DNA of 64,000 nt from Antedon mediterranea (Eukaryota; Animalia; Echinodermata): assembly GCF_964355755.1 (NCBI RefSeq), contig NC_092673.1, positions 31,369,648 through 31,433,647 of the forward strand. Reading direction: 5' to 3'. Shown piece by piece: positions 1-12,800 of the stretch. Each line of letters begins with the position of its first letter. The first letter of the stretch is position 1. The notes under the pieces were generated by a model. That model did no database searches, had not been told where the DNA came from, and saw nothing but the letters and a program-made list of their open reading frames with translations. A program made the translations under genes and the position numbers.

Positions 1-226
1 TTAACAGTGTTTCTTTGCACAGGCAAAAATGGGGCCCCTATGTCGGCAAATATTTTAGCACAAAGTAACGACAAAGAAAAATGACTATGCAGATATTGAC
101 AAAAGTAGCATAGAGTCTGGCCGTGATGTTTGCTTATCTCTTATTATGGTGATTTAACAAATTTTAGACCTATCACCATATTCTAAAATTTCACTTAACA
201 CTGGAAATTCATAATAAAACCCAGTT

Positions 227-400
227 ACAGTATGGTGACACAAAGCAAAGTGCCCACTTAATTGGATGTTTTGTTAATAGGTGTTGCCCGTAGTGTTACT
301 GTTAAAACATTGTCCCTGGTTTGATTCTCAGGAAAGTGACCCCTTTTTATTGGGATTTTCCCTAAATAGGGGTGTCCCAAAGGAAGGGTTAGTTACTGTA
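227..400. mobile_element. Degenerate pogo/Tigger-like (Tc1/mariner) MITE
   Basis: TACAGT...ACTGTA ends with internal GTGTCCC/TTAATAGGG motifs. Related decayed copies occur near 5090-5215, 9930-10140, 21760-21953, 22728-22860, 23220-23380, 24650-24745 and 37640-37720. Confidence 0.5.
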
Positions 401-1104
401 TTAATAATATCTTTTTTTATACATTGTTAAGAAATTGATGTTTATCTCCTACAAATAAAATGTGTTTTTAAAACTTGTTCCATGTTTTTATAGTTGACAC
501 AGGAAGTGATTAGGTTAGGGGTCAGCATGTTAGCTCCATTCGGATGACCAGACAAAATATGAACCTTTCAAACATGAAAATGAATCATATTTTACTATAC
601 TGTATTATCTATACTGTACTGTAGATACTGATATACTTTACCAACCATACACAAATTATAGCAGAGATATTGTAGTAAGTATAAAATTGATGTCAAATCA
701 TCAACATCAACTGTGTGGCATTGTATTTTACTACAGAACCTAAAGTACGAGGTCCATCAAAAAAACATTGCATATATGCATTTAGTGCAGGATCATTGGT
801 TTTATGGTATTGACAGACAATAAAAAGTGTAATTACAGTATGCATGTGTGTTGTTTACCTGTTCAATGCAGTGTACAGTAATTATCATAAAATACAACTT
901 ATTTTGTACAAGAATTACATTACGTAAAGTAAGATTAAGCATGGAGTAAAGAATAAGAGGAGACACAACTCGGCCTAGCTATCCAGTTAATCCAATTAGT
1001 ATCACGCTGTGCGGTAGTGCTTAAGCATAGGATAATAAACTTCCCATAACGATCCTTTGTGATTGACACATACAAAGCACACTAAACTATCGCCCATGGT
1101 AAAT

Positions 1105-1266
1105 ATAATACAGATATTGCCTGCTTAGAGGTTAAATATAAGATTTGACATCCCCGGGGGAATGATATTTTGTTTGAGGAAATATATTACCTCGAACAAA
1201 ATATCATTCCCAAGGGGTTGTAAAATTTTATATTTTACCGATATAAAAGACAATATCTGTTTTATA
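1105..1266. repeat. Long imperfect palindrome (foldback MITE)
   Basis: ACAGATATTG...GGGAATGATATTTTGTTTGAGG is mirrored by CCTCGAACAAAATATCATTCCC...CAATATCTGT around a short AT-rich centre. Confidence 0.7.
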
Positions 1267-4172
1267 GCCAACAACAAGTTGAATATCCACTATCACGTTC
1301 ACGTATTTACATAGGCTATGTAATATAATAATATATAAAACAAATACTGTACTTTGTACATTCTCATAATTGTACTGTACTTGCTGAAATCATACTGCAT
1401 TGTACATCCTCAAGAAGTAAAAACTTCAATCCTCAATGTCAACATGATGTTTGTATTGTTTAGTAAAAACCAACGAATCAAGAATTTTACAAGCAAATTT
1501 TTCTTTTATCTTTCCAAAAAATGTTAACACACCTGCTTGCTTAATTTCTTTCCAGCATCATATTGTAAAAACAATAAATCTACTGTATGACTTAATTAAG
1601 AACGAGCAAAAACAAAAAAAAAGCTTTTTTAATTTAATTAGCAGTATAGTTTTCACATTGTGTTGATTATGTGAACATAAAGAAACCGTTATTCAAAGAT
1701 GTGAGAAAATAGTAAATCATGCCAGATAAAGAAACTAATGAAATCAACTAGGACAAGATGTGACGTTTTATATTATTGGAAATTCAGAATACATACTGGT
1801 TGTTTGTAAACATTAAACAAATTAATTTAGTTTAATTTCAAATCATAATTCATCCTTTTACTTGGTCAAAGGTGTTATGAAATATTCTACCATAAGCAGA
1901 GCTTTTTAACTTTGATCTAAAAACTATGTTCTTTCCTATATCGGAGTTAAATTGCCGTTAATCGGATTGACATTGTGGCTTAGCCTATCCTGCATTCTAA
2001 CGCAAAACAACACTAGTTAAACACCTGATAAAATAAACAGGACGGGAAGTTATTATATAGTTCGAGAGACACGCCCTTTGTCAATAGTTTTCTTGTCTCT
2101 CGGCAGTGCTTTATTTTTATGCTGTTTCACTGAATAGAATAAATACAGTAATTACTTCTAAAACCTCTAAGAAATAAAGTTACATCATAGCTCCCACTTG
2201 AGGGCATACAGTAGTTCATGGACTATACCATTTGTGGAGAGGGTGTTCAATGATTCTACTTTTCGAGGTATATCTCGCTCTTCGAGGACAAGGGATTTTG
2301 TCGGTTTATCCAGGTAAGCTAGGCACGAAATAGACTTACATCGTACATGAAGTATTTCTGAAACCTATATCTTGGGTACTTCTTGGTTATATCACGCCGC
2401 GGTTAACGACAGAGATATACGGCAAGATACAAGAGCTTAAACACAGATATGATTTTAATCAGCTTAAACGTTAAAACCGTACAGCTTTATACCTAGAATA
2501 CAGTTAACAATATTAAAGATGCATGAGTACAGTATTATACATTATAACTCCCTAATAAATTGAAATTCAGTCCTTTATAAATATTATCATATCATTATTA
2601 TAATTCAGCAAAGTGCATTGTTTCATCAATGACATGCTGTACCATTGTGTGTACAAATTATTCATACAGCGCACTATAGGCTCAACAAGTGAGTAATTTC
2701 TTTTACAGAACAGTACACAAGGGACTTGCACTTCAGTACACTGGAAAATTAGCTAAATGGAAAATCCAGCTTTACACAACAAATGGGTGTTGTATTATTA
2801 AAACACAAATGACTCATAACTATTCAACTGCTAATTATATCTGAGAAATTATTGATTATTTTAATATTTTTGGAAAAAAAAAATACTGTTATTAATATCA
2901 TAGTAAAGTGTGTTATATTTTATTCATTTTTATGTGAGTACCATACTGTACAATCAAGTCCATTTTACCGCATCATATCATAATCATACAGCATGTTGAG
3001 TATAAGATCAATTGCTTTTCAATTAAATATTTAATGAATAGCTGTATGATGAAAATTCCAGTTTGTAAAGTAAAGGTTATCCGTTGTCATCATCTACTGT
3101 ACAAAAAAGCAAAAGATTCTATTCTTCTTGGTTATGTTATATTTTCATCATCTCATCTCTACCATTATTTTTTATAACCATTATTAAGAATATAATTTAC
3201 AGTACTCCTCTGATACATTATAGCAATTAATATTTTTATTTATGGACAACCAGGATATAAATATGAATAAAATATGAATTAGCAAGTAATTTTTCGACAA
3301 ACATTGACAAATATTTCTTACCATGGCATGGAACACAAGAAATGATATCAATACAATTCCTTTAGTTCTTTAGTTTTTAATCTTTCTCAGTTTATTTTAA
3401 TTTTTTTTAAACTAATTATAATTAAGTTTTGAAGATCTCAACTTCTTCAGTGGTTTGTCATGACAAACCATACTGTACAGTACTTTATAAATATTTTGTT
3501 TATTTGTTTTTCCTTTCAAAACTTTTCTATTTACAATACTGTACTGTACTGTACTGTACTGTACAATACTGTACTGTAGTACTTGTTGCCCATTTGATAA
3601 AAAAAGAGATAAAATAAAGTTCACTTCACAATGTACATTACTTATTCAATATCATAATTTACTATACATATAAAGTTACAAACAAAATGATTACCTGGTG
3701 CCATTTTGTGCCACAATATTCCGATATTTATTTATTTATTTATCCAAAAAAAAGTTTACGCTATCATACAGTATACAGTATATCCTGATGATTCAAAGTC
3801 TCAGAGAAAAATGAACAACATACAGTAAATGTAGAAATAAATATACGTAGAAATGTAAAGGAAGCAATTACTATAACTTATGCCATTGTCAATCAGCCAA
3901 GATTTACCATATCCCATTACCAACAGTGATCTGAAGATGACTGTTAATACAATATAGTAGTATTCTATTTAGAAAATGTACAATTACTTTGTTTTCCAGA
4001 TGTTATTTACAGGAGCCGTGCTGTGATGGAACATGAAATTTGACCACGGGTAATACTTGTCCTACTTACAGTAATAACACTTGTACAATATAGCAGTCTA
4101 CAGTACATACAGTACTGTACACCATTAGTGGCCTACATGCCACATACCCTTACCATGCTCGTGGCATACTGC

Positions 4173-4829
4173 CCCGGGGGGGTCACTTGTATATAAACCA
4201 AACGGGGAGGTGCAGCAGCCACTTCAAGACATGAGGCACTTGCGCTACCTGTTTTATTGAAAAATATACGGACTTGAACTACCACTTACCAAAATCCAGT
4301 GTTCTATAAAAAGACGGCAGAAACAAGGCCACGCCAGAGAGGGCGCAAAATTTGTACTGGTTCCCAGCATGATCTGCGCATGGTATGGCCAAAGAGACCG
4401 TTCATGGAAAAATCACGAACGTGTTTTGTTTGAAAGTTTATCGCGCATCGCGGGGTGCATGCATGACGACGATCATCAAGAGTGGTCACAGTTGAATGAT
4501 TTTGTCCTAGGCCGGCTGGATGTTTCGTGTTCTTCTGCTGATGCGAAAACTCTAGACCTATTCAAAGGTTTTTAGCGATAGGCCCCGCGATGGGCTTATA
4601 GCATCCAGTATGCTAAAATACCTGCAAAATTTGGCGATAATTCGTGACATTTTGACACGGGTGGGCGGACTAGGGACTTAAACTACTAATTTCACCCTGT
4701 CATTTCCCACACTTGTGCTACCAACTCTTCATATTTTCCCACACTTGTGCTACCAGGCCCTCGAAAATATACCCGTAAATGCGGCACCTCCCCGTATGGA
4801 AATATTTAAGAGTGGCCCCCCACCCCGGG
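4173..4829. mobile_element. Non-autonomous DNA transposon with CCCGGG termini and 8-bp TSD
   Basis: Left end CCCGGGGGGGTCACT...ACGGGGAGGTGC; right end GCACCTCCCCGT...AGTGGCCCCCCACCCCGGG. CATACTGC is duplicated at 4165-4172 and 4830-4837. No transposase ORF. Confidence 0.85.
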
Positions 4830-5342
4830 CATACTGCACCACTTGCAAACACTGGCATAATTGCTATAATTGCTAAACCCATGGGCCTGGTGACTACGGG
4901 GCCCTGAGCAAGGCTCAGAAGAAACTACAGACATTAAAAGACGAAAAAGGTTTAAAACGCCTCCATTATTGGAGAGCCCCTTAGGATACCTACAGTAAAC
5001 GCGGGGTTTCTGTGTTACGCCACTGCTTGTAGTTTGTTCAAAAGGTTAAATCAAAAGTATACTGTAATAATACAGTACATTGAAATTAAGAGGACACCCT
5101 CAGGACCAGACAAAGTGTTCTCCTTAATAGAGATGTCTGCTACTGTAAATTAGGCTTGGTCGAATTCCTCGTCTGTTTCACAGGAAAGTGTCAATATAGG
5201 TTCTACTATAAATAACGTTGAACTTACTACTGTATACACAGTATCAATTTTGAACTTTGAAATGGAATTTTATATTTTTTTATACTTTTTATAAATTAAA
5301 ATGTAAATTTGGCGCATTTAAGATTTTTTTTAAATTGAATGA

Positions 5343-5508
5343 AGCCCTGTCTAAACTATCAACTTTATATGACAAAAAATGCAATGTGCCCATATATGGA
5401 CATGATGATACCATACCACTACCATATTTGGGCATTCACTACCATATTTGGGCACACCACACTTTTTTTTTTGTCAAACTAAACTAGTTTGATAGTGTAG
5501 ACAGAGCT
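5343..5508. mobile_element. PIF/Harbinger-like MITE family (AGCTCTGTCTACACTATCAAACT TIR)
   Basis: TIR AGCTCTGTCTACAC / GTGTAGACAGAGCT with TWA flanks and internal GATGTGCCCATATATGGACATG and CACTACCATATTTGGGCA. Copies near 11772-11900, 15015-15120, 43795-43936, 44860-44980, 47690-48779, 49975-50060, 60163-60326, 60350-60420, 60598-60690, 62960-63105 and 63950-64000. Confidence 0.85.
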
Positions 5509-6574
5509 TAAACGTAAGCTTAAACATCCATTTCCTCCCCACCCCTAAACAATTCTAAATAGCCATTTAATACACTACTAATAAATACTGATCGTTGCGG
5601 ACTCCTTCGCTGATTTGAGCATTATTAAAATCAATAAGGAACTGTCCACAATATTTATTTAGCTCTAATTGTTCATCATAAATAATATATTTACAATATA
5701 GTTGATTATCATATAATAAATTATGAACCAATATAATTACAGTACATTTTCTTTTTCTCCCCTTTTTCATGCACCTACAGTATTACTACTATATATTTTT
5801 TTAATTCTCATTTTAGGCAAATTGCCAAGGATAACCACAAGTGAATTCATTCACAAAGCCTATTCACAAAATATTAAAATATTAAGAATATATGGCTTGA
5901 TGTGTGACTCAATTCAAGTACAAATGTGTTTTAGTCTCAACGATTATAGACAATGTCTTATATAAGTTAAAGAAGATGTTCTCCAGGTGGAATGCCATCC
6001 TGAGATGAGTAGTAGTAATTAGTAGTACAGTCTTGTTGTTTATTATTTTTAATTAATTTATATGCAATTTTAATTTCTATGGACCAGAGATTCCGAAACA
6101 AAAGATTGTTACAATGTTTTGTAAGATGTTAGTTATTGCTTAGATTTAAAATGGTTAATGACATAGGTGGGTCCAGAGGGCGGGGTCAAAGAAAAGAGAG
6201 GTTTCTACTTCGAATTAAAGAATCCAGGATTTTAAAATAGGAAGCCCAGTTCCCAGAAGTGTAGAATATAAAGGAGAACAATTAATACTAAATACTTTTC
6301 ACAACATAATATAATTGGATCTGCCCCGGATTACAAAGTAAATATTAATAGCTTTCACCTTTGCAGCAAACAATTCAAAACCAGCGTACCATTATATTAT
6401 TCAGCTGCTGGTTGACAAGGCAAACACAATTAATTAAACAAAAAAATATTCAAATACGGCCGGTCCTTTGTTCTATAAATAACCCGATTGTTCTCTGAAT
6501 GAAACCCATTGGTGGAAAATCGGGGAAAAATTTCATTTTCAACCTGTTGATGTAATATTTTTCAGGGTAAATGG

Positions 6575-7712
6575 GGGAATAACCAGCAACTTGTACACAG
6601 GTGTGGACAACACATACCACAACTTTCTTCTCCCCCAAGGGTATGTCACGATAAATATGGTCCGGGGCCAAAATCGGTCCGGCCGGACCAGTTTTGGCTC
6701 TAAAATTGTGGCCAAAAGCAGTCCGCCCCTGCCAAAATCGGTCCAGGCTTTTCTTCTGTCGATTTTAATTGAATTACGAGGCCTATGATGCTGTTTTAAG
6801 TTGTTTATGACTAGAAAAATATCCCATGATATATATTAGTAAGTTATCTTGTCGGACAAATACTATAAATAAATGTATTTTATCTAAAAACATGACTTAG
6901 GTGTTCACTCATATTTCGGCCTGCCACACACTCACATGAACGGGTATGAGACGCTGATATTGCCAGCTAGATTTTATTTATGATTGAGGCCTTTTTCCTT
7001 CCTCAGCCTAATCAATATTGGATAATTGTTTTATAATAATTGTATTGAATTGATATATTGATTAATTAACCATAAATAATTAATAAGTTAAATTGTTTTT
7101 AACATCATGGGGAAACGAAGATGTTAAAAAAGAACAATATGGATTAAAAACAGGCAGAGATACATTGTATACAAAAAACCTAACAATTAGTACTTATTAT
7201 TGATGAATGAATGATAATTAAAAAAACAGGCTTAATTTATAATATTAAAATAACAAATAAAACCCCATAGTTTTCAATATAATGACTAATATACATTTTT
7301 TTTTAATGATATATACATTATGACTCATTTTGCGCACCATATATTTGTAAGACCGGACCATATTTGGCGGCCAAAAACAGTCCTACTGCCCGGACCGATT
7401 TTATCCAGGCCGGACCAGTTTTGGCGGCCAAAATTGGTCCGGCCGGACAGGTTTTCGCAGCCATAAATGGTCCCCCGGACTGATTTTGGCAGCCAAAACT
7501 GGTCCGCCGGACCGATTTTGGCCCGGACTGATTTTGGTGTGACAGGTACCTGGGTTCTAGGTACTTTAAAGTACACATAAGCCAGATGTGTACACTGGAC
7601 CTCCAGTTTAAGTCCACATATCAGAGAAGAATTCTACCACCAGAACAATGAACCTGTGCGGTATAGCTATGGTTTGCGGCGCCCCTGAGTGAACCGCTCT
7701 GCCACTCGACTC
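6575..7712 (-). mobile_element. tRNA-headed SINE with Deu/Nin-like central domain, interrupted by a Ginger-like element
   Basis: The minus strand reads GTCGAGTGGCAGAGCGG (A-box-like), then GGACTTAAACTGGAGGTCC...GTACTTTAAAGTACC, which resembles the Deu/Nin domain core as recalled. Boundaries are approximate. Confidence 0.45.
6644..7544. mobile_element. Ginger-like non-autonomous DNA transposon
   Basis: TGTCAC...GTGACA termini; 4-bp TSD GGTA at 6640-6643 and 7545-7548; subterminal palindromic repeats GGACCAGTTTTGGC/GCCAAAATTGGTCC; AT-rich non-coding core. Confidence 0.75.
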
Positions 7713-8372
7713 TAAATACAAAATATCCACAATAATTATAAACACTTAAATACATTTGCATACATAAGTAAGTTTGAGATTGCTACTGGGTTGAGATTTC
7801 CCAAATTATAACTCCAATCCCCGCTCCAATCGAATCCTCTGTCTCTCAAAAACACCAAGTGGTGAAAAGGCGCGCTCGCTGAATGAGTCAAACATCTCAG
7901 CCAGAAGAAACATTGCAGATTCATGTACTTCCCAAATTGATTGTTTTACAAAATTATCAAGTTAGTTGACAACCCTGAGATTTAAAAACATTCAATTTTC
8001 TTATTTTAATCACTGATCAGATCACTGAACAAAATATTTTCAAAAATGTTATAGGCCTAGGCTGCCTAGGCATAGGCCTAGGCTTAGATTAGAAAAATAT
8101 ATCATTTTAATTTTTTTCTCCTTTTATTTTTTACTTATTTATCCAACCAATTCAGCCTGTTATTCTATTAATTATTTTTATTTATGATCATATAATATGT
8201 ATTGTAAGCCGTCACAACAATGACAACACTCTCACTTCAAGCGCCAGTCATTCATCATCCATGGACCATGGCCAAGGCCACCTTGGCGACCTGTCACTGC
8301 TCGCTGGTGTTGGTCACACGCATCACACGGACGATTTTGTGATGCTCGATAAGAAATTGATTATTTTCTTAC

Positions 8373-8445
8373 CATAATTCTTATCCGCAACAAACTCTAC
8401 TTCTGATCCTTCATCGTCATTTTCACTTCCATTCTTCTTTCCCAT
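8373..8445 (-). CDS. Putative first coding exon (proximal) of an SLC44/CTL2-4-5-type choline transporter-like gene
   Basis: ATG at 8445 encodes MGKKNGSENDDEGSEVEFVADKNY+G and ends in phase 1 at a GTAAGA donor. It resembles the short acidic phase-1 exon 1 of SLC44A4 (MGGKQRDEDDEAY|G). Downstream exons were not found in the window. Confidence 0.5.
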
Positions 8446-9870
8446 CTTTAAATTTTAGCTATCACAACGATGCTATCTCTCCTCCAAATCTAAAGGTATT
8501 TCTTTGCCAATGAAAAACAGAACCAAAACAATGTGTGTGTGGTTGTGGTGAGTGTGATAATTGGTCATTTAAGTAGATGGCGCTCTTTCCAATGGAGATA
8601 ATGCATTGCAAGCATGCAGCGTATTATATTTTTGACCGAACCGTCATTGATTTTTTTATTTATTTATTTATTTCAACAATATTTTATGAGAGTGGTCCAT
8701 CCAGCATCAGCTGATCATTAGGGACCCTAAAAACAATACAAACAGAAAATACAAAATAAACTATAAAAACACAAAATCAACAGATATAAAAGATAAATAT
8801 ATATATATATATAAATATTTGAATCGTGACGCGTAGATCTCCGGACTGTCTGTTGGCCTGAGCTACCATTTTTGACCAAATATAATATATAATTTAATAT
8901 AAAAGTTTGATAGGCGAATAAATGTACAATGCAGGGTATTCAGAAATAAATTAAGATAGAATTAAACAAAGAAAAAATAAGTATAATTTTAAATATTATA
9001 AACCTAAACGCACTACAAAATGTAGTTGCTATTTGGTTGATTTCGTACGCGAAATAATTAATAAACGCGTAATAATAATTTAAGCTATCTCTCTGTGTGC
9101 ACTTTATATTATAATAAAATATTTGTAACGTTCCACTTGGACGCAACGCAAGGGCGTAACCGAACTGCAATTGATTTGACCAATCGTGACGCGGTAGATC
9201 CTCGGACTGTCGCTTGCAATTGGTCTTGAGTTGTTGCGTCTATGTCGTTGTTGCGTCCAAAAGGAGGTTGGCATTTTGTTCGGCCTAAGTTAAATTAACG
9301 TCGGCAGATTATTGGAAAATTTAGACTAGAAAATGGCTTTAAAAACTCATAAACATTCATTATTCAGCGCACTTGATATAATTACGCCTATAGACCTATA
9401 TTATATAGTCGGATTCAAAGAGGTTTTCCGTGTGCACCTTGTCTAAATATATATCTCTATGATCAAAATAAACCCCAATCTCTAACCCCATGGGGGTCTT
9501 TTATGGGCCTTTACAAGATGGCGGCCATAATATTCAAATAGAAGGATTATACAGATTGGGCAACAACGTTTTTCTGATTATTTTTACCCACTTAAGATAT
9601 TTAGACAAGTTGCCAACTTTCATCACAAGTTGCACACGGGACCCTATTTTATGACATCTTTTTAACCTGAATAATACTATGTAAATTTCAAGATCATGAT
9701 TAGGCGCGCCTAGTGTTCCATTGATAAGTGTTATTTATCAAAATTCATGTTTGTATAAAGCCACGGTCAACTAACCTACGATTTAGATCTAGCAAAATCA
9801 TTGTAGATTTCAGCAGTAGGCTAGCGTAGAAGAATTTGGACATACTACAACCTTTACAAGGAAAACAATT

Positions 9871-12800
9871 ATGATGAATTATTCATTGAAGTGTTTAAGG
9901 GTAAGTCGAAGTTGTCTCATTTAATTACCCCTATTAATAAGTGGACACCTTCGCCACAGTGTCTCCTTAAAAAGGATGTCCCATGGGTTGACCATATATG
10001 CCTATTATTTAAAAACGATTTCCCCTATTCTTTTTACAGGAAGGGTGTCCCCTGAAATAGTGTCCCAAATAATTATTTTCGCGGGAAAGTTCCCCGTAAT
10101 GAATGTCCCTGAATAAGGGTGTTCCAAAGAGGTGGTCCTACCATGGAGGTATATATATATATACTGATGAAGGGCTAGTGTTGCCCGAAAGCTCTGCTAA
10201 CTTTTCTGGCTGTTTACTTTATCGTTTAGATTTAGCTTTTCACTTTTTATTTTTGTATCTCCATTGAGATCCAGCCACTGATACCCACAGCATTGTCATT
10301 TTTTTCAATAATTTACCTTTGGATTTATATATATATATATATATATATATAAACACAACAGGCATAGAAATAAATTCCAAACCGCCCGGTGATACACTGA
10401 AAATTATTTAATTAAAACACAACAGGCAAAGAACATTAATTCGAAACCGCCCGGTGATATACTGAAATTTAATTAATTTGAAACGATAAAGATGAGGAAA
10501 TCTATGAGAATGAGAAAAAGTCGCCCCAACCGAGACTCGAACTCGGACCGCCTGCTTGATTTACAGTATATATATATATATATATAGAGTTCGAGTCTCG
10601 GTTGGGGCGACTTTTTCTCATTCTCACAGATTTCCTCATCGTTATCGTTTCAAATTAATTAATTAAATTTCAGTATATCACTGGGCGGTTTAGAATTAAT
10701 GTTCTGTGCCTAATTTGTTTATAATTTATTTCCTCCATGGTACTACTGTCTTCCACCACCACATGTATTGTAAGAATTTCGTTTTATTAGACTTGTCCAT
10801 TCTGAGTTGACCACTAGTATTTCCATAAGTTTACTTATTTCAGTTTGTCAATAGAACCCTAAAGAGAAATGTAATGAGCTGATTACACTAAAAACGATAT
10901 ATTGTGATGTTAGTTTTCCGTTCTTTTTGTTTTTTTTACTTTAAATGTTAAATTTTGAATGACATTTTAAAGGTATTTGCACCAAGATGCCACCCCTCTC
11001 GTTTAGCATCATCTTCATCTCAGGGAATGTGTTTTGGTAAGTAGGTCTTTATTTAAAATAAATAAAACAGCACAACGACGACTTTATAGTTAAATTGATA
11101 AAAGTAAAATGAATATGGGTTTGCATGTCTATATTAACAGGGACAGGTTCTTATTGCTAAATTTACCCTGTTGCTTGCTGCATTGCATTTTCCAGAATGT
11201 ATGTGAGGCTCAGCACCGTTTGGATCATCAGAACATGCTGATATATATTAAGGAACCAATAGTAGGATGAAAAAATGCTCACATGCTTAGCTATGAGTAT
11301 GAGTCAATGTTCAGTTCATAACCTAGGCCCTACTTGCTTCACTATTGCGACAAGAACATTTTGTGGTCAATTGTTGACCCAGCTGTGAGGACATGTGTTA
11401 GGCCTACAGTATTCCAAAGTCTATCTAGTTCGCGTCCATCCTTGATAAAATAATCGGTTATTATATCATAAAATAAACTGTAGATTTTGTTATCATAAAA
11501 AATAGGGCTGTATGGCATATAAATTTACATAACCTTCTCACAATAATAGGTCAGGGCCTAGTTTTTAGTTCGATAAATAAGCCTAGGTTTTGCAAGAATC
11601 TGGGCACTAGTGGGCACAAAGTAGGCCTACATTCTTTCTTTCTATTTAAACAAGAACAAAAAGAAGTGTTAAAGGGAGATTAAGCAACCACTTATCAATA
11701 ATTTAATCAAAACTATTTTCTCAAAATCTGCATCTTGAGTATGCAACAGGAACGCCATAAATTTAATATTAAGCTCTGTCTACACTACCGTTACTATCAA
11801 ACTTTATGTGACAATAATGTGCCCATATATGGACACGATAATGTCATATCACTATAATTTGGAATATCACACTTAATTTGTTGTCACATAAAGTTTGATA
11901 ATGCATTAAAACAAATCATATAGAAGTCACTCTTTAGTACCTCAGCTCATTTTTTTAGGAAATAAATGTTATTTTGATTGATTGCTTGAACTAAAGTATG
12001 TGATGTTTGATAGACCGTCTTTGATAAAAATTAATTTATGTCGCTTAATGTGTTTATGTTTTTACTCATCAACTCAATTACATTAAGGCCAACTCAGACA
12101 GCGTCGTACGACGAGGTCCGGCGAGTCGTCTCGATTGGCTGGAGAAAATTAAACATGTTTAAAGTTCTCGCGACGACCTAAAAACTACGCCCGACGTCAA
12201 GACGCTTTATCGGCGTACGACGCTGTCCGAGTTGGCCTTAATGTTTCAAAGTTATGTTCATAACAAACATTTAACTTGTATTTTTACTTACAGAGCTATC
12301 AGACGAACAATTGGAATATCAAAATTTGGCGCGAAAGTTCACTCGTGAAGAAATCATACCGAACGCGGCGTATTATGACAAAACCGGAGAGGTACGCATC
12401 ATCTTGTTATTCTTAGGCCTAATTATTAATAGCATGCAGGAAAACCCGAAATAATGCAGTATATTACTATCATGTTGCTTTAATTTCCCTGTAAATTATT
12501 ATATTTATATTTAGCGCTCAGAGTACTGCAGAAAATGCATTTTACTGGCGCTGCAGGAAAAATAAATCTAATAATTAGTAAGTCTTGAGTGTTTGTTTGA
12601 TTACAACTTTTGTAAAACAATTTCATATTCAACACGCCTGTTTTAATTTTATAACAATCGTGTTTTAGTTTCCATGGGATATTGTTAACAAAGCATTCGA
12701 TGTTGGTTGTATCAACACCAGTATACCAAGTGAATACGGTAAGTATAGGCCTACACAAATGTATCCGTTCTCATGACTTGCGTTGTGCTCTAAATGCTAT

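Noticed and set aside
1451-6000. Short ORFs in the first 6 kb
   Set aside because: Low-complexity AT-rich translations without consistent splice sites; the region reads as intron with MITEs.
7318-7617. Repetitive ORFs of 83-99 aa (also 6591-6788)
   Set aside because: They are translations of the subterminal repeats of the Ginger-like element.
8373-8445. Resemblance of EVEFVADKNYG to the uricase N-terminus (EVEFVRTGYG)
   Set aside because: The match is short. The phase-1 junction, the second similar exon and the ACADM adjacency fit SLC44 better, though uricase is not formally excluded.
9514-9526. YY1-like motif CAAGATGGCGGCC between the divergent starts
   Set aside because: A single short motif that is also common inside DNA transposon remnants; no independent support.
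10500-10615. Functional tRNA gene
   Set aside because: Only the T-arm and 3' portion are present; there is no D-arm or A box, and it is embedded in a dispersed repeat.
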